From Schmidtea polychroa (Eukaryota), in NCBI GenBank assembly GCA_044892525.1, contig CM097885.1, forward strand, positions 37,202,001-37,266,000: a stretch of DNA of 64,000 bases, given 5' to 3'. How positions within the stretch are numbered: position 1 is the first letter of the stretch; the number at the start of each line of letters is the position of its first letter. A program made the translations under genes and the position numbers. Positions 47,695 through 60,393 of this stretch are shown here, piece after piece. The notes below the pieces were generated by a model. The model was not told the origin of the DNA. It made no database searches and worked only from the letters and a program-made list of their open reading frames with translations.

Positions 47695-47796
47695 GGGGAC
47701 ACTTTTATATATGATGATGACAATTTTGATGATCAATATGGACAAGGCACTAGCATCCAAGACCATATTATAGAATACTCATGCAACATCATTTGG

Positions 47797-47851
<55 letters not shown>

Positions 47852-49935
47852 CAAGATTAGTCAATGAATCAAAGTTTCAATTAAAAAGACAATCCAAGAT
47901 TGTAATAAAAAAGAAATTCGAATTGAAAAGGCAATCCAACATCATCAATCCAAAAGATAATGGAAATTTGTAAAAAAGACAATGTTATAATTTGAATATA
48001 TGTTTTATATTTAAATAGTTTTTTAATTTGTTAAACATCATTTTTTCTAAGTATTATTATTATTATTATTATTATTGATGCAAAAATTATGAAAATGTTC
48101 CTGAAAATAATTATGAAAATATTGAAAATTATGAAAATGTTAAAAATAATGAATATGGCGTCAAAATGTGTTTTAAAAATATATTTAAGTTTTAAAATAC
48201 CGCAACGTAATGTATTTATTTTTTCAAAATAGTTATGTTAAATAATTAAAAAAACAATTAAAATTGATATTTTTAAAGAATTTAAAGTTTAAAATAATTG
48301 TTTGTTGAAAATTATTTTTAAAAATAATTATTTGAAGATTTGTATTTATAATTTTAAAAATATTTTTTAAATATTTTAAAAGTTTTGGAAATTTTGAAAA
48401 TTTTAAAATTTATAGATTTGATAATTTGTTTATAAATTATCAATATTGTATAATTATTCATCCGTCGTGAATGTAGGTAATCTGATGATGATAGTGATGC
48501 TATCGAAATATATAGTGAAAAAGATGTACGAATGGTGATTTTTATTAATAAAATCTTTACCGTGTTTATTTAAGCATAATTACATATATTTAGTAATTAA
48601 ACAATTACTAAAAATAGAATTAAGTATGTTAAAATAATATAAATATTAGTACAAAATCTTAGTGAAACGACAAAAAATAGACAGAGAAAAAGTTAGTCGA
48701 AAATTTGAAAGAAATCAGATTGGAATTTAACTAGCAACGAGCACAAGTTTGAGACATCATATTCAATTACCTAGAAGGCTCACCATAAACAGAATAAGAT
48801 ATTTGTGGTACTATAATAAAATCAAAATCGTAACATATTTATCGATCAATAGTGATCCAATCTATTTCATTGTGTTGGAATTTCATTTTGGAAATCTCTT
48901 TTTAGCTATTAACAACCTATTCGGGTTTTTGTAGCTGCTATATTGGAATTAATCGCACAGGAGAAATTCATTAGGAAATAGACCTGTCAATAAACTTGGT
49001 AGTAACTTGTAAATAACTTTTTAAAAGGGATTTAGCGTCAGCATACATTTTTTGATGTTTCGCTTTGATATCAATATAAGTTTTATCCTTTTCTGGGATT
49101 AAGACTATCGCGCTTAAATTTGTGGGAATTACACTCGTCTTGTCTTTGACACCTATATCGGGCTGTTGGCGCATTTAGGGCCAGCCTTGACACTTAGAAG
49201 AAATCTTTAGGGCGGTTTGAATAACCGTTATCTGAACTTCAGCGTATAGCCAGTGATGGGTTTTATTTATTTTGAATCGTTTTTGTAACATATATCCTTT
49301 TAGATTTAATAAATATTTAAAACCATATTTGTTATTTATTTATTTACATAAAATCAATTGCAGGCTTTTCTACCAGTAAAATCTATTGTAGTCAGATTTA
49401 CAACAGTGTTAGTCGAGTAACTACCCATCGAACCTAACATTTGTAACGTTTATCCAATCTATCCAATCAGAATATCGATAGGATAGAAAAATATACGCAC
49501 ACATATTCATGTCTTTGTTATCTAAATGAGTCATCGATGAGTCATTGTTACTAAGTGAATAACAAAGACAGCTTTATTAGTATGCGAGTAACATAAAGAC
49601 TCTTTGTTAAATTTGCACATGACATGACTGGAACACAGTAGCGAATTAAGGGGAGGCTGGTCAGGCTAAAGCCAGGGACCCCCAATTTTTAGGACCCCAA
49701 AAATTTAAAATTAAAAATAAAATTAGAGTAGCATATTATGATTTTACAAAAAATTCAAGCTTAAAACTTTTACTATGTTGATTACTGTGTTATTACAGTA
49801 GGTGTTAAAAATGATGGACTTTTAGCTGAATTAAAAACATCCATCTTAGAACAAACTAAGAATAATTGTCGTAATATAAGTGTTACCACAACAACCGTTC
49901 TAGATAACAGAGCCAAGCGAAAGTTCTGTTGGAGA

Positions 49936-52792
49936 CAGTGGTGGGATTCAAAATATTTAACAACCGGTTCGCATCCGGAAAACAATTGAGAACCGGTTCG
50001 GCCGTAAAAAAAATCAAAAATTTGTTATCGTTTTTATTTCAATTCATTATTTAATTTCATATATTATTTTAAATTAAAACAGTTAAAAAAAGGTAATAGA
50101 AACAGGATAGTTATTATATATATATATATATGTAAAGTGTTTAAAATTATTTCAAATATTTCCAAATTGAAATTTGATTATCATTATAGTTTATTGGTGC
50201 AGGTTTTTTTACTCTGTTGTCATCTGCAGAGTGATTCTTCCTCAACCAAGTTTTAACAAATCGTTCAGGGTTCCATATGTCCAAAGGAAGACCAATTAAA
50301 TTTATTACCATGAGATTAGCAACATTTTGAACAATTAAATGGTTTCTTTTTTCGGAATATATTAGATTCATTGTAGAAAACCCTCTTTCTGCTTCCTCAG
50401 AACTAATCGCTACAGTATTGATAATGTTTTTTGCTCTTTGTATTGATTTTGGAATGACAAAAATTTCGCGATTGCTTATAACATTTTCCAAAAAGTCATG
50501 GAAGTCATTTACGTCGATGTTGTATTTAAAAATATCTGTGAATCCGACCAATTTCTCTTCTGCGGCTATCCATGGAACCACAATCTCATCGATGTTCCAA
50601 GAATCATGCTCCAGAACGCTAATAACTTCAAAAAGTTTATTGGTATCTTTTTTCGTACTTTTTGTTGCCAATAAATGGTCATCATCATCCATTAGTCTTG
50701 TTCTCATATTAGCAATTACTGTGTCCAATAGTTTTTGGCGAAGGAGTCTACTGTAAATTGTATGCTCTATAAAATTAATATCTTTAAAAGCATCTGAATT
50801 GATGACTTCATTCACTTTCTTTTCATATATACCTTTATTTTCTTTAATCATTTTAATGGCCAACATGGATCTTCTTATTAAATTTTGGGCTCGTAAAATA
50901 TTTAAATTTCTAGCTTAAAGCGTGTTTGAAACATATGAAATTTCTTGCAAAATATCAATCATTATTGCTAAATCTTGTAAAAAGAATTTATTGCGAAGTC
51001 GATTAGCCATTCCTGAATATTCCGTATTAGAAACAAAATATTTATATAAAGCTGGATAAGCCCTCCATACAGCAACTGTTGCTCTTAAGCTGCAAGCGGC
51101 CCATCTAGGTCCTAAAACTCTGCCAATCTTTATAATTTCTAGCCCAAGTTCTTCAGAAATATTCTTAAGTTCTAACTGATTTTTATTTGATTTATGAAAA
51201 ATCACGTATATTTTATCAATAAATATCTTGAAATGATTTATTTGTTTTATTGTGTCAATAGAATCATCTAAAACCAATTGCAGACGATGGCTTAAACAAT
51301 GCCAAATAATTGTGCCAGGGAAATCTTTTGAAACTCTTGAGCTGACACCTGATTTACGACCAAGTATTACACTTGCACCATCAGAACAAAATGCAATCAA
51401 ATTTGATTTCAAATAATTTATATCGAATCCAACTTTATATATACTCTGTAACATGGTCGTGTATATGGTTTCAGCATCTTGTGCTTCCAATTCAACTAAA
51501 TCTAGAAATATTGTTGGTGGCACATCAGAATCTTCAACTTTTAAATAAATTATTAGTACAGATTTACTAGATATAGTCGAGGCTTCATCGATAATGATGC
51601 AAATTTTCAAATCCTTTGCGATTATTTTGCAAAATATTTCCTTTTTTATTTCTGATGCAATGTGATCAATAATTTTAACTGCAGTTTTGCGAGAATGGAG
51701 TCCCACTCCCATGCTCAATCAATTTTTAACTTGTAGTTAAATCTTATTTTGAATATCAGAAAATGGTCTGCATCTTTTTGCTATACTGTAAACAGTATTA
51801 AAGATTTTGCATGTAGAATCGACGTATTTTTCATTACCTTTATCGAAACATTGCAAAATTACGTTTTGTAAACGATCTTTTAACTGCTGTACACTAACTT
51901 GGTGAGCCTTAGATGAAAAGTGTTCATTCATTTTTTTTCGGAGAGATGCTTGTTGAATGGTTTTATTTTTTCCAGATGCTTCATTATTGCAGCTTTGCCA
52001 TTCAACTGATACATGAATTCCCTTCGCTTTTATTGAATCTATTTGCGCGCAATAATTACAACCCAATTTTTTATTTCGAACTAATAAGCAATCATATTTC
52101 TTCTGAAAATCTTGAAATTGCAAGGGCTCCAGCAATCTGGGAGATTGTGTTTTACTTCGTCATTGATTTGAACAGTATTAGTTGAATGTGGCGATTCTGC
52201 TTCTACTGTTTGTATAATATTATTTAATTCCCAGTTTGTTATTGGCGTCATATCTTGACCAGGCTTCACCTTCTTTAGAAAAAAATCAGACAAAACTGGT
52301 TGTCCGCCGCGCTTCATGATGGCTAAAATATTACCGAGAAATTTAACATATAAATAAGTAAAACTAACACAATTTAACATAAATTTAACGTTAATTTTTT
52401 TCCAATAAAATTAATTTAACAATAACTATTTATTAATATATACTTACAATTTTAATACAATTTGTTGTCACAAACATTACCTAAAGAAAACTGGAAAAAT
52501 ATAAAACAAATTTAAACCACACTCACGAAAACTTTTTAAAACCATAAATTCAAATCATAAATTTTTGGTAAAGCATACTTCGGTAAATTTTTTGAATTTC
52601 GTATTCGATTGTTTACTTTCCTATGCAATTGTTAATTTTTTATTTTTTTTGATAGTTTTTGAATTTCATATGCGATTATTTACTTTTTGTTTCATGCTAA
52701 ATTGTTGGTAAACACTGCCGGTTATGCGAACCCAAAAACTTTTAGGAAACGGTTCGCACGAACCGGTGCGAACCGGCTGAATCCCACCACTG
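49936..52792 (-). mobile_element. hAT element with KIAA1586/ZNF862-like transposase (52317 to 50147, disrupted)
   Basis: Perfect 15-bp TIR cagtggtgggattca and aaccggttcg subterminal repeats. Motifs IIDEAST, SDGASVILG, WHCLSHRLQL, GPRWAACS, AERGFSTMN. No TSD. Confidence 0.92.
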
Positions 52793-53916
52793 ATCATCAG
52801 GAGTGACTATAGAATCCAAACGGGTTATTTATATAAGGTAAAATGGGAGATTTAATTATATAAATAGTATACAAGTAGCAGATGTAAACTCATCTATAAT
52901 GTCGTTCGTCTCAGATTCACATTTGCAGAAGCTAAGACATGGTTATTATTTGCTTTATTTATCGTTTGGTGCTTTGTTATCTGTCGAGTCTTATCGTATT
53001 TTTCATTTGAATGTTTATTCAATCGTTTTTATGGTTTAGTCTTTCCATTTTACCGATGCATTTTAACATCCTTGGGTACTCTACCCTTGGATTGGTATGT
53101 GTAGAAAGTATTACATGTAGAGCATAATTGGTTTAAACATTCATTATCATACACTGTATACACTGTATCGACAACTCAATACCAGAATCCTATGTAACTT
53201 GCTTTTTCATAAACTCCCTAATCCATACATTCTTATATATCATATGCATATAATCATTCATACCATTACATATTCATCTATCAGTGTATTCTCAAAAGGT
53301 TCCCTTTCTAAGGCAGCTATCATTCCATCGGTTTATCCATTCACTAATTTAACAATGTAATAACAATTAACATTTAATAATTCATTGACATAAATATTAT
53401 TAAGAGCCTGCATAAACAATCCTCAACCAATTGCTAACCCATCATTCAACCATTCCACCCAATCCAGGACAAATTATCAAGAAAAAGACTTTTATTTACT
53501 TTCATAAAATTAGCTTATCTTACCTATCCTATTGTCAAACCTTGAATTTACTAAAATCCGGATGTAACGACATTCATACATTATTCTTTTGTTCTGGGCG
53601 TATCCAATCATTTTTAGCAAAGAACATTCCGTCTATCTTACCAAATAGAGGGATTTAATCTGAAACCAATTAATTACGATTTTTTACTCCGTATGCCTTA
53701 TAATTTCCCAATAAATTCTTCAATGCATTTCTAGCAATTTCCTCGAAACAGATTATTAATTCCATACACATGATAATTAATTTTTGATTACGCCTAAATT
53801 TTATTTGCAAACAACAGCCTGTAACACAATATCATGATTTTATAGGATTCAATAATGTACAATTCGATTAAGATCCAATCACGATCACTCAATGTATAAA
53901 AGTGTGTCAATCCAAA

Positions 53917-54110
53917 TCATTGCCAAAATGCGCACCAATCGAAATACATTTGACAAAGCTTGTAGTTGCAAGTGGCTTGTCTTACCAGTATATCTACATG
54001 CTCTTCGGATGTAAGATTTCTGCCAGCTTTTTTTGCTTCCAGATTATTTTTTATGTTTCTTCACATCTCACATTTGCACCCGCCCTTTCGTTTTTACTAT
54101 CATCATAATT
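53917..54110 (-). pseudogene. Orphan PIKK (ATR-like) C-terminal FATC fragment
   Basis: Minus-strand 54060 to 53917 reads RNIKNNLEAKKAGRNLTSEEHVDILVRQATCNYKLCQMYFDWCAFWQ*. It is preceded across a frameshift by KNERAGANV. Confidence 0.7.
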
Positions 54111-55571
54111 TGTAAATAACTGTAAACTATCCCAACCGGCAACCGATTACCATCGACTGGACACTGATTTGGCTTTTTATAATATACACATTAACCTACA
54201 TACAATAAATGTCCGTGTGTCATAGCCAGATGTGACACTGAATTAGCAATGTGACATTAAATTGGCAATTATACTATACAAAATAGAAAACAAAATCGCT
54301 GTTAAAATATATATATATATATATATTATAAACAAACACGCACAACCACGGCTCGCAAGATACACCAACAAGATATTGATTCAACAAGGACATTTAATTA
54401 CCTAAAAAATTTTCAATTTAAAATTAATTAATTAAAAAAAATGTACGAGGATGTTTGAAACTTCATCAGAATCGACTATTTCATTTCAAGAAATTCATAG
54501 ACGAATGCTCTTTCTATACACGACGAACGAGAGATTCAGCAGGTCACTAGTAGGCGGTAGAATTTACAACAATATGCCAACCAATCGAGGTCCCAATATC
54601 CAAAGATGAACTAATCCATTCACAACAATACATTTTCATTGACTATTCAAATCGAAAAGTTGCCATATAATCCATTTTGAACCCCGTCATAAATATTTGA
54701 TTAAATCAAAACGGGGCAAGAAATAAAGTTTATTCAGCTGGTGGCTTTAGCAGATAGGTTTACCTTCAATTAATGAATTACTGCAATATCCCAACCAGTT
54801 AACGAGGAACTTCGAAAACCAGATCATAATAATTTCGAAAATCATATTAATAATCGTATTAAAGATTCTTCCCTAAATACTTGATATTCTAGGTGAACTA
54901 TGAAAAATTTAATGCATATTACAATAATAAATAAATATCTTCTCTATTCACCATTTTAACAAAAATCCCAAAATTACCAAAATTCAAAACAAAGCTCGAT
55001 TGACTGTCTCATTTATAAACCAAGGAACATCCAACCAGGCATAAGTCAAATATTCAACCAAAGACAGTGAAATTAAATTGATGGAAACATGGATGACTAA
55101 AATCTACTACAGACATTTGATCGCCGGAACCACATAAATAATGATTGCATTACCGAAATTACATACCTTCACTAACTATGTATGTATGTACATTGCATTC
55201 AAATTTCAACTTGGAATGTGCACACAAATTTTCGAGCAGCTACCACACACTATAAATCCAATCGGGACGGAACATGCATGCATACATGTCAGGTCACATA
55301 ATTCGTACATTGGAATTGCCGGTACTTACACACACACGTTGACCAACAAACACATTTTATTTTTACGTTAATTTGTAAGACACACTGAGTTTAAAAACAC
55401 ACTTCGTGTATCGCACACACACGTGTACACTTACAGACACAACAAACGAATGAACCACACATCAACAGAGTGAGTATTTTCAGTATTTTATATCTCGTCC
55501 TCCTGGTAATTGGAATGATTGGAATGTATATCGGCTTGAATCGGCTTTGTCAATTGGAATTATGGTTATTT

Positions 55572-56814
55572 CACTTTTTTTCATCATATTTTGACATTTT
55601 GTCAATCAATTTTGACATTTTGTTAATTTTAGAAGAAAATTAAAAATTAAATTAAAAATTAAATTAAAAAATAAATTAATAAATAAATTAATAAAATTAA
55701 AAAAAATAAGAAAGTAAATAAAAATACTACTTTTATTCATCAATAACCGGCTCATTTCTTATGCAAAAAGGTAAAAACCCTAACATATGCCTAAAATAAT
55801 TTTTACAATCATCAGATGAAATAAGGGAAGAACCATTCTCAATATTTTCGAATAACTGATCTTCACCTTCAGGTCTCGAACTACGTATAAATTGTTTCCA
55901 TTTTGAAAATAGGTTCTCTATAAGGTTAAGAAATGGAGAATAAGGTGGCAAAAATAGGATTCTATGTCCTGATATTTCAATTTCTTCTTTTATTGCAATA
56001 TTTTTATGAAATGGAACATTGTCCATGATAAAAATTGCACCTGAAATATTCAAAAATGACATTTTTTCAATTATTAAGCGTATAAACTCAAGAAAACTTT
56101 GTGTATTATACGATTTAGTCTGAGGAAAATATTTAAAAATCCCTTCTTTGTTCATGGCACAGCAAACAGATATATTTCGTGCTCTTATAGAAGAAACATT
56201 TTGAACAGCACGTTTATTTTTCAAAGATCTTCCTCTTCGTGATCTTATAGAGACATTGAATCCGACTTCATCGATAAAAAAAATTATAGAATCATCGATA
56301 GTTGACAATAATTCCATAAAACGATTCGCATATTGGGCTCTAAGTTTAATAACTTCTACGGTATTCCTTTTTATCGGCATTATATTGATGCGCTTCATAC
56401 TATAACCAAATCCACTTATACATCTATTAATCGTGCTTTGACTTGCTACCACACCTCTCTTAAGCTCAATCTTCGACGTTATTTGCTTTAAAGTAAGCGC
56501 GCAATTTTCATCAATCCATCCTCTGATTGCTTCTTTATCTTGCTCTGACAAGCTTTTTCTCCGCTGACCTCCCCTTTGCTTTTTTTCAATAGATTCATGG
56601 TTTTTATACTTTTTTATTATGCTATAAATAGTGGTTCTTTTAAAACCCAAAATTGATGATAAATCCGAGGCACTATGCCCTTTTATATAGGCTTGTATAA
56701 TGCGATTTCTGTCTTCGTTATTAATGTTTTGGTTTTTCATTAGAAAATGTCAAAATTGATTGACAAAATGTCAAAATTGATTGACAAAATGTCAAAATAT
56801 GATGAAAAACCCTG
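55572..56814 (-). mobile_element. Tc1/IS630-type DD34E (Gambol-like) transposon
   Basis: ~50-bp inverted repeats built from ttttgacattttgtcaatcaa units. Right end ...aaaaaccctg|ta; left tip degenerate. Confidence 0.88.
55733..56740 (-). CDS. Uninterrupted 335-aa DD34E transposase
   Basis: HTH N-terminus, FIDEVGF, MDNVPFH, FLPPYSPFLNLIE. I counted 34 residues between the second D and the E. Confidence 0.92.
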   Translation of the reverse strand: MKNQNINNEDRNRIIQAYIKGHSASDLSSILGFKRTTIYSIIKKYKNHESIEKKQRGGQRRKSLSEQDKEAIRGWIDENCALTLKQITSKIELKRGVVASQSTINRCISGFGYSMKRINIMPIKRNTVEVIKLRAQYANRFMELLSTIDDSIIFFIDEVGFNVSIRSRRGRSLKNKRAVQNVSSIRARNISVCCAMNKEGIFKYFPQTKSYNTQSFLEFIRLIIEKMSFLNISGAIFIMDNVPFHKNIAIKEEIEISGHRILFLPPYSPFLNLIENLFSKWKQFIRSSRPEGEDQLFENIENGSSLISSDDCKNYFRHMLGFLPFCIRNEPVIDE

Positions 56815-57369
56815 TATCTTATATTGAAGTCATTCCGATTAATGATGTAAACCGCTCCACATTCAAACTCGGATGAAACTGTCAGAGCACAGAATTTCTT
56901 ATCAAAGCCTCCGCAAGGTTATACTGTCAACTAAACATGAAAACGTCGCTAATTGCACTATGCTGCCACAGATATTTCAATGGATATTAGATGTTCTTCT
57001 CCACATTATCGTCAATATATACCTCGGAGGGAGATCAAGATTTTGATAATCTCTGTGAAATTGGTCATATTTTATTTTCGGATTATTTTCTGTCTATAAT
57101 CTGTCTATTTTCCAATTTCAATTAACTAAGTGTTTTGGAATTTAGAATTATTATTAGCTTCTTTTATTTTGTTTCATTTTGGATTATTTCGATGGCAGGT
57201 GTTAGGTTAGAAATTTGATGAGCCCGAAAGAGTCTCCGTTAAAACTTGTGGCGGCACTTTCGGGGTGCGTGTGTATCTGCGTGCTTATGACACCCCAAAT
57301 AAAATGAATAATAAAATCAACAATAACACTTGTAAACAATAACAACTTTTATTAATGAAATAATATATA

Positions 57370-58278
57370 TGTTGGGATTCAACAAGAGAGGCACAAAAAT
57401 GAGGTGAAAATTGACAAAAACACCAAATTCAAAATAAAAATTTAAAGTACAAAATATTAATTAAAAATCAAAAAGTTTAAAAAAATGAATATTTTCTGGG
57501 GGAAACTGGTATGGGCGGATGCTAAATAATGAGACGAGTTCAGCTATAATAAAATAAAATCAATGGGGGGTCCCTAAAAGGAATAAATTACAAAAAACAA
57601 AAATTAATTAAAAATTAATTAACTAATGGAAAACCCGAGCTAATGGGAAACCCGAGCTAATGGAGAACCCGAGCTAATGGGAAACCCGATACAATGGAAA
57701 ACCCGAGCGAATTGAGAAATCCAATTTCGGGAAGGCAATTAATTTAGCCGGAGAAATCCAATTTTGGGAAGGCAATTAATTTAGCCTGATAAAAAGTAAT
57801 AAGCGCCGTCAAAGAAAATGAACAAATTCCCTTCAATTAAATTAGACCTCCAAGAGGAAGCCCGGGGGGAAATAAAACCAAAAATAATTGGCAAAAATAA
57901 AGTCAATTACCAAGCGAGTATAAAAGCAACTGGCAAGAAAACAAAATGCCAGTTGGTCGAAGAAAAGAAAATAGAAGTTTGACGAGAGCGAAAAAGGAAA
58001 TATTAAATTTAGTAGAAATTAAACCATTTAAAAATCGAACGTACCAGAAAGGGACATCTCCCGTTGGAAGATCTACCCCTGCGTGAGATTTGTTGGCAAA
58101 TTGAAAAGTGCAGACAAAACCTGATTGTATCAAGTGTGAGTAAACTAATACAAGTGTAAAAGTGTAACTGCATCAGTGTCAATAAAGATTTTGTGTTGGG
58201 TTATTTATCTATTTATTTATTTGGAAAAGAACACAAAGGAGTCAGACCGTAGTACCGACTTGCATTAAAAACCCAACA
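57370..58278 (+). mobile_element. 5' LTR (909 bp)
   Basis: TGTTGGG...CCCAACA inverted termini, TATAAAA at 57919, AATAAA at 58181, immediately followed by a PBS. Confidence 0.92.
57624..57787 (+). repeat. Tandem arrays inside the LTR U3 region
   Basis: About five copies of aatgg(a/g)aaacccgagct, then two ~35-bp copies of gagaaatccaattt(c/t)gggaaggcaattaatttagcc. Confidence 0.9.
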
Positions 58279-58282
58279 TATT

Positions 58283-58300
58283 TGGTGAGCCCGACGTGAT
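58283..58300 (+). promoter_or_regulatory. Primer-binding site complementary to the tRNA-Trp 3' end
   Basis: TGGTGAGCCCGACGTGAT, 4 nt after the LTR. Its reverse complement ATCACGTCGGGCTCACCA differs at one position from the animal tRNA-Trp 3' end as I recall it (ATCACGTCGGGGTCACCA). Confidence 0.85.
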
Positions 58301-58677
58301 AAAAAGTCGGTGAAAATTTGTTGAAATTGTGATAATATTTGAGTGATACCGAAGAATAAAAAGATCGGTGAAAATTTGTTGAGATTGGTAAAGTATCAAT
58401 AAAAATTTGGGAAAAAGATAATAATAATAATTAAATAAATAAATATTGAAGTGAAACGTTTATTTGAAAGTGGTGAACATTTATTCGAGAATTATTAAAG
58501 TGGTGAATTTATTATTGAAGCAAAGTGGGAAAATTTGTAACGATTGATTGTTGAAAAGTCAAAATTAAAACGAAAGGTAAATTTTGTAATTGTAACACTT
58601 TGAATTTTAGACGAGTAAAGCCTGTGTTGACCCGATCATTTTATAAATTGAGAAGCCAAACACTAATAGAGAATTTA

Positions 58678-59874
58678 ATGAGTACCCAAAGACTAACCAA
58701 TAATACAAATAACAATGATGAAACACCTGTGTCCACGGTGGGCAACGGCAAGGAAGGCAATGATTATGCGAGTTGTCAAAAACTACCTGTGGATCAGTAC
58801 GGTGGAGATCCGCTGGAATTTGTCGATTTTATGGCAGATTACTATATGTATGCGACGGCCTATGGATGGAGCCAATCGATAATGGTGCAAAGATTACCGC
58901 TATACCTAAAAGGAGCAGCCAGAGAAGCGTGGCAACAAATTGATAAAAGAATAGTAGCAAATGATTGGACAAAATTGTAAGACGCTTTAGCCACGAAATT
59001 AATCGGAGGGGATATCAAACGGATAATGCGACAGAAATTCTATAACCGCGTACAAAAGCCAGAGGAATCGGTAAGTGAGTTTGCTTATCATTTATCAACT
59101 CTTGCAGAGAAAGCGTTCGAAGTGAAACCAGAACAGGCCGAGATGGCAAAGCAGGTAAAAGAATTATTGCAGGATCAATTCTTGTCAGGAGTAAAGAAAG
59201 AAATTAAAAAGGCTTTATGCTATGTTGATTTTAATGACTTTGATGAATTGATCAAAAAGGCAATGAAAATTGAGCTAAATTTAAAAAGCACACAGTCAAA
59301 ATCAGAGTCGTTTGCAGTCATCTCAGGCGCAAGCGAAAGATCAGTAACCCCAATTAGAAACAATCGTTTTCAACAAACAAGTAGTCCATCACCAAAATTT
59401 AGATCCAAATTTGAGTCGAACAAGTCAACAGATATTCAAATAGATGGAAAGGAAGGTCCCATCCAATGTAGTCATTGCCAAAGAATTGGACACCATGTTA
59501 ACCAATGCTAATTTAAAAATAGAATACAGAGAAGCCCAATTCCGATTCAGTGTGATAATTGCCAAAGAATGGGACATGACAGCAATCAATGCTGGTCCAA
59601 AAATAATGTACAACGGAGTCCAAGGCAAATGTGGCCTGATTGGTTAAAAGGAAATGGTGCGAAAAGTTTCACTAAAGCGAACATTAATGAGCAGAGAACT
59701 AATGATAACTTACAATGCTTTAATTGCGGAAGAAAAGGGCATGTGTCACGAAATTGTTTTACCAGGTCAAGATCAACATCAACATCACCATCACCGCAGA
59801 GAGATAAAGTAAATCTACAAGGACAAATTCAATGTCATTCATGCAGAAGTTATGGACACATGGCTAGATCATGT
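58678..59874 (+). pseudogene. gag: Gag: capsid-like region and four CCHC zinc knuckles (two in-frame stops)
   Basis: YGGDP..F..F...Y...A..YGW......LP.YL.G.A..W and R.Q...ESV.EF...L..LA. CX2CX4HX4C at 59467, 59551, 59716 and 59833. Confidence 0.92.
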
Positions 59875-60393
59875 CCAAGAAATATGGATAAATTCCAAAG
59901 GCCCATATTAAAGAAATCGATTAGGTTTCAGAGTGACAAACCGCAGATGGATAATGTAGCTTTTATTCAGCCAGATAATTTTAATGAAAGAATTGAAAGC
60001 GAAGTGAGAGAAATGGGTCGACGTTTGGATCGATTGATGTCAAAGTTTGAATCAGAAGAGGACTACAATAATCACATGATGTATGAGTCGCAAGAGGAAT
60101 TGAATGAAAAAGAGTCGAAAAGGAGAGTTATAAAAGATGATTTAGAAAGTGAAAAAGCAACAATGATAATGACCAGAATTGAAAAACTAATTGGAAATAA
60201 TGAAATAGAGTCGGCTAAAGTGATCAAATCGTTGAGAGAATTAAGTCAAATATCTTTGAGTATGAGATAGATAAAAAGTGTAATTAGCTTGTGCGTTAAC
60301 TACTATAATATGAATCCAAAGTATAAAGAAGAAATTAAAGAATTAATGAAAATATTTGGAAAAGCTTTGAGAGAGAAAACTGGGTTAGATTCC

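Noticed and set aside
48475..48520. Second hammerhead-like motif (ctgatga-t-gatag...ctatc-gaaa)
   Set aside because: Stem II is present but stem I cannot form, so it is at best a dead relic.
57624..57787. CRISPR-like array
   Set aside because: The units are directly adjacent with no unique spacers, there are no cas genes, and the context is a eukaryotic LTR.
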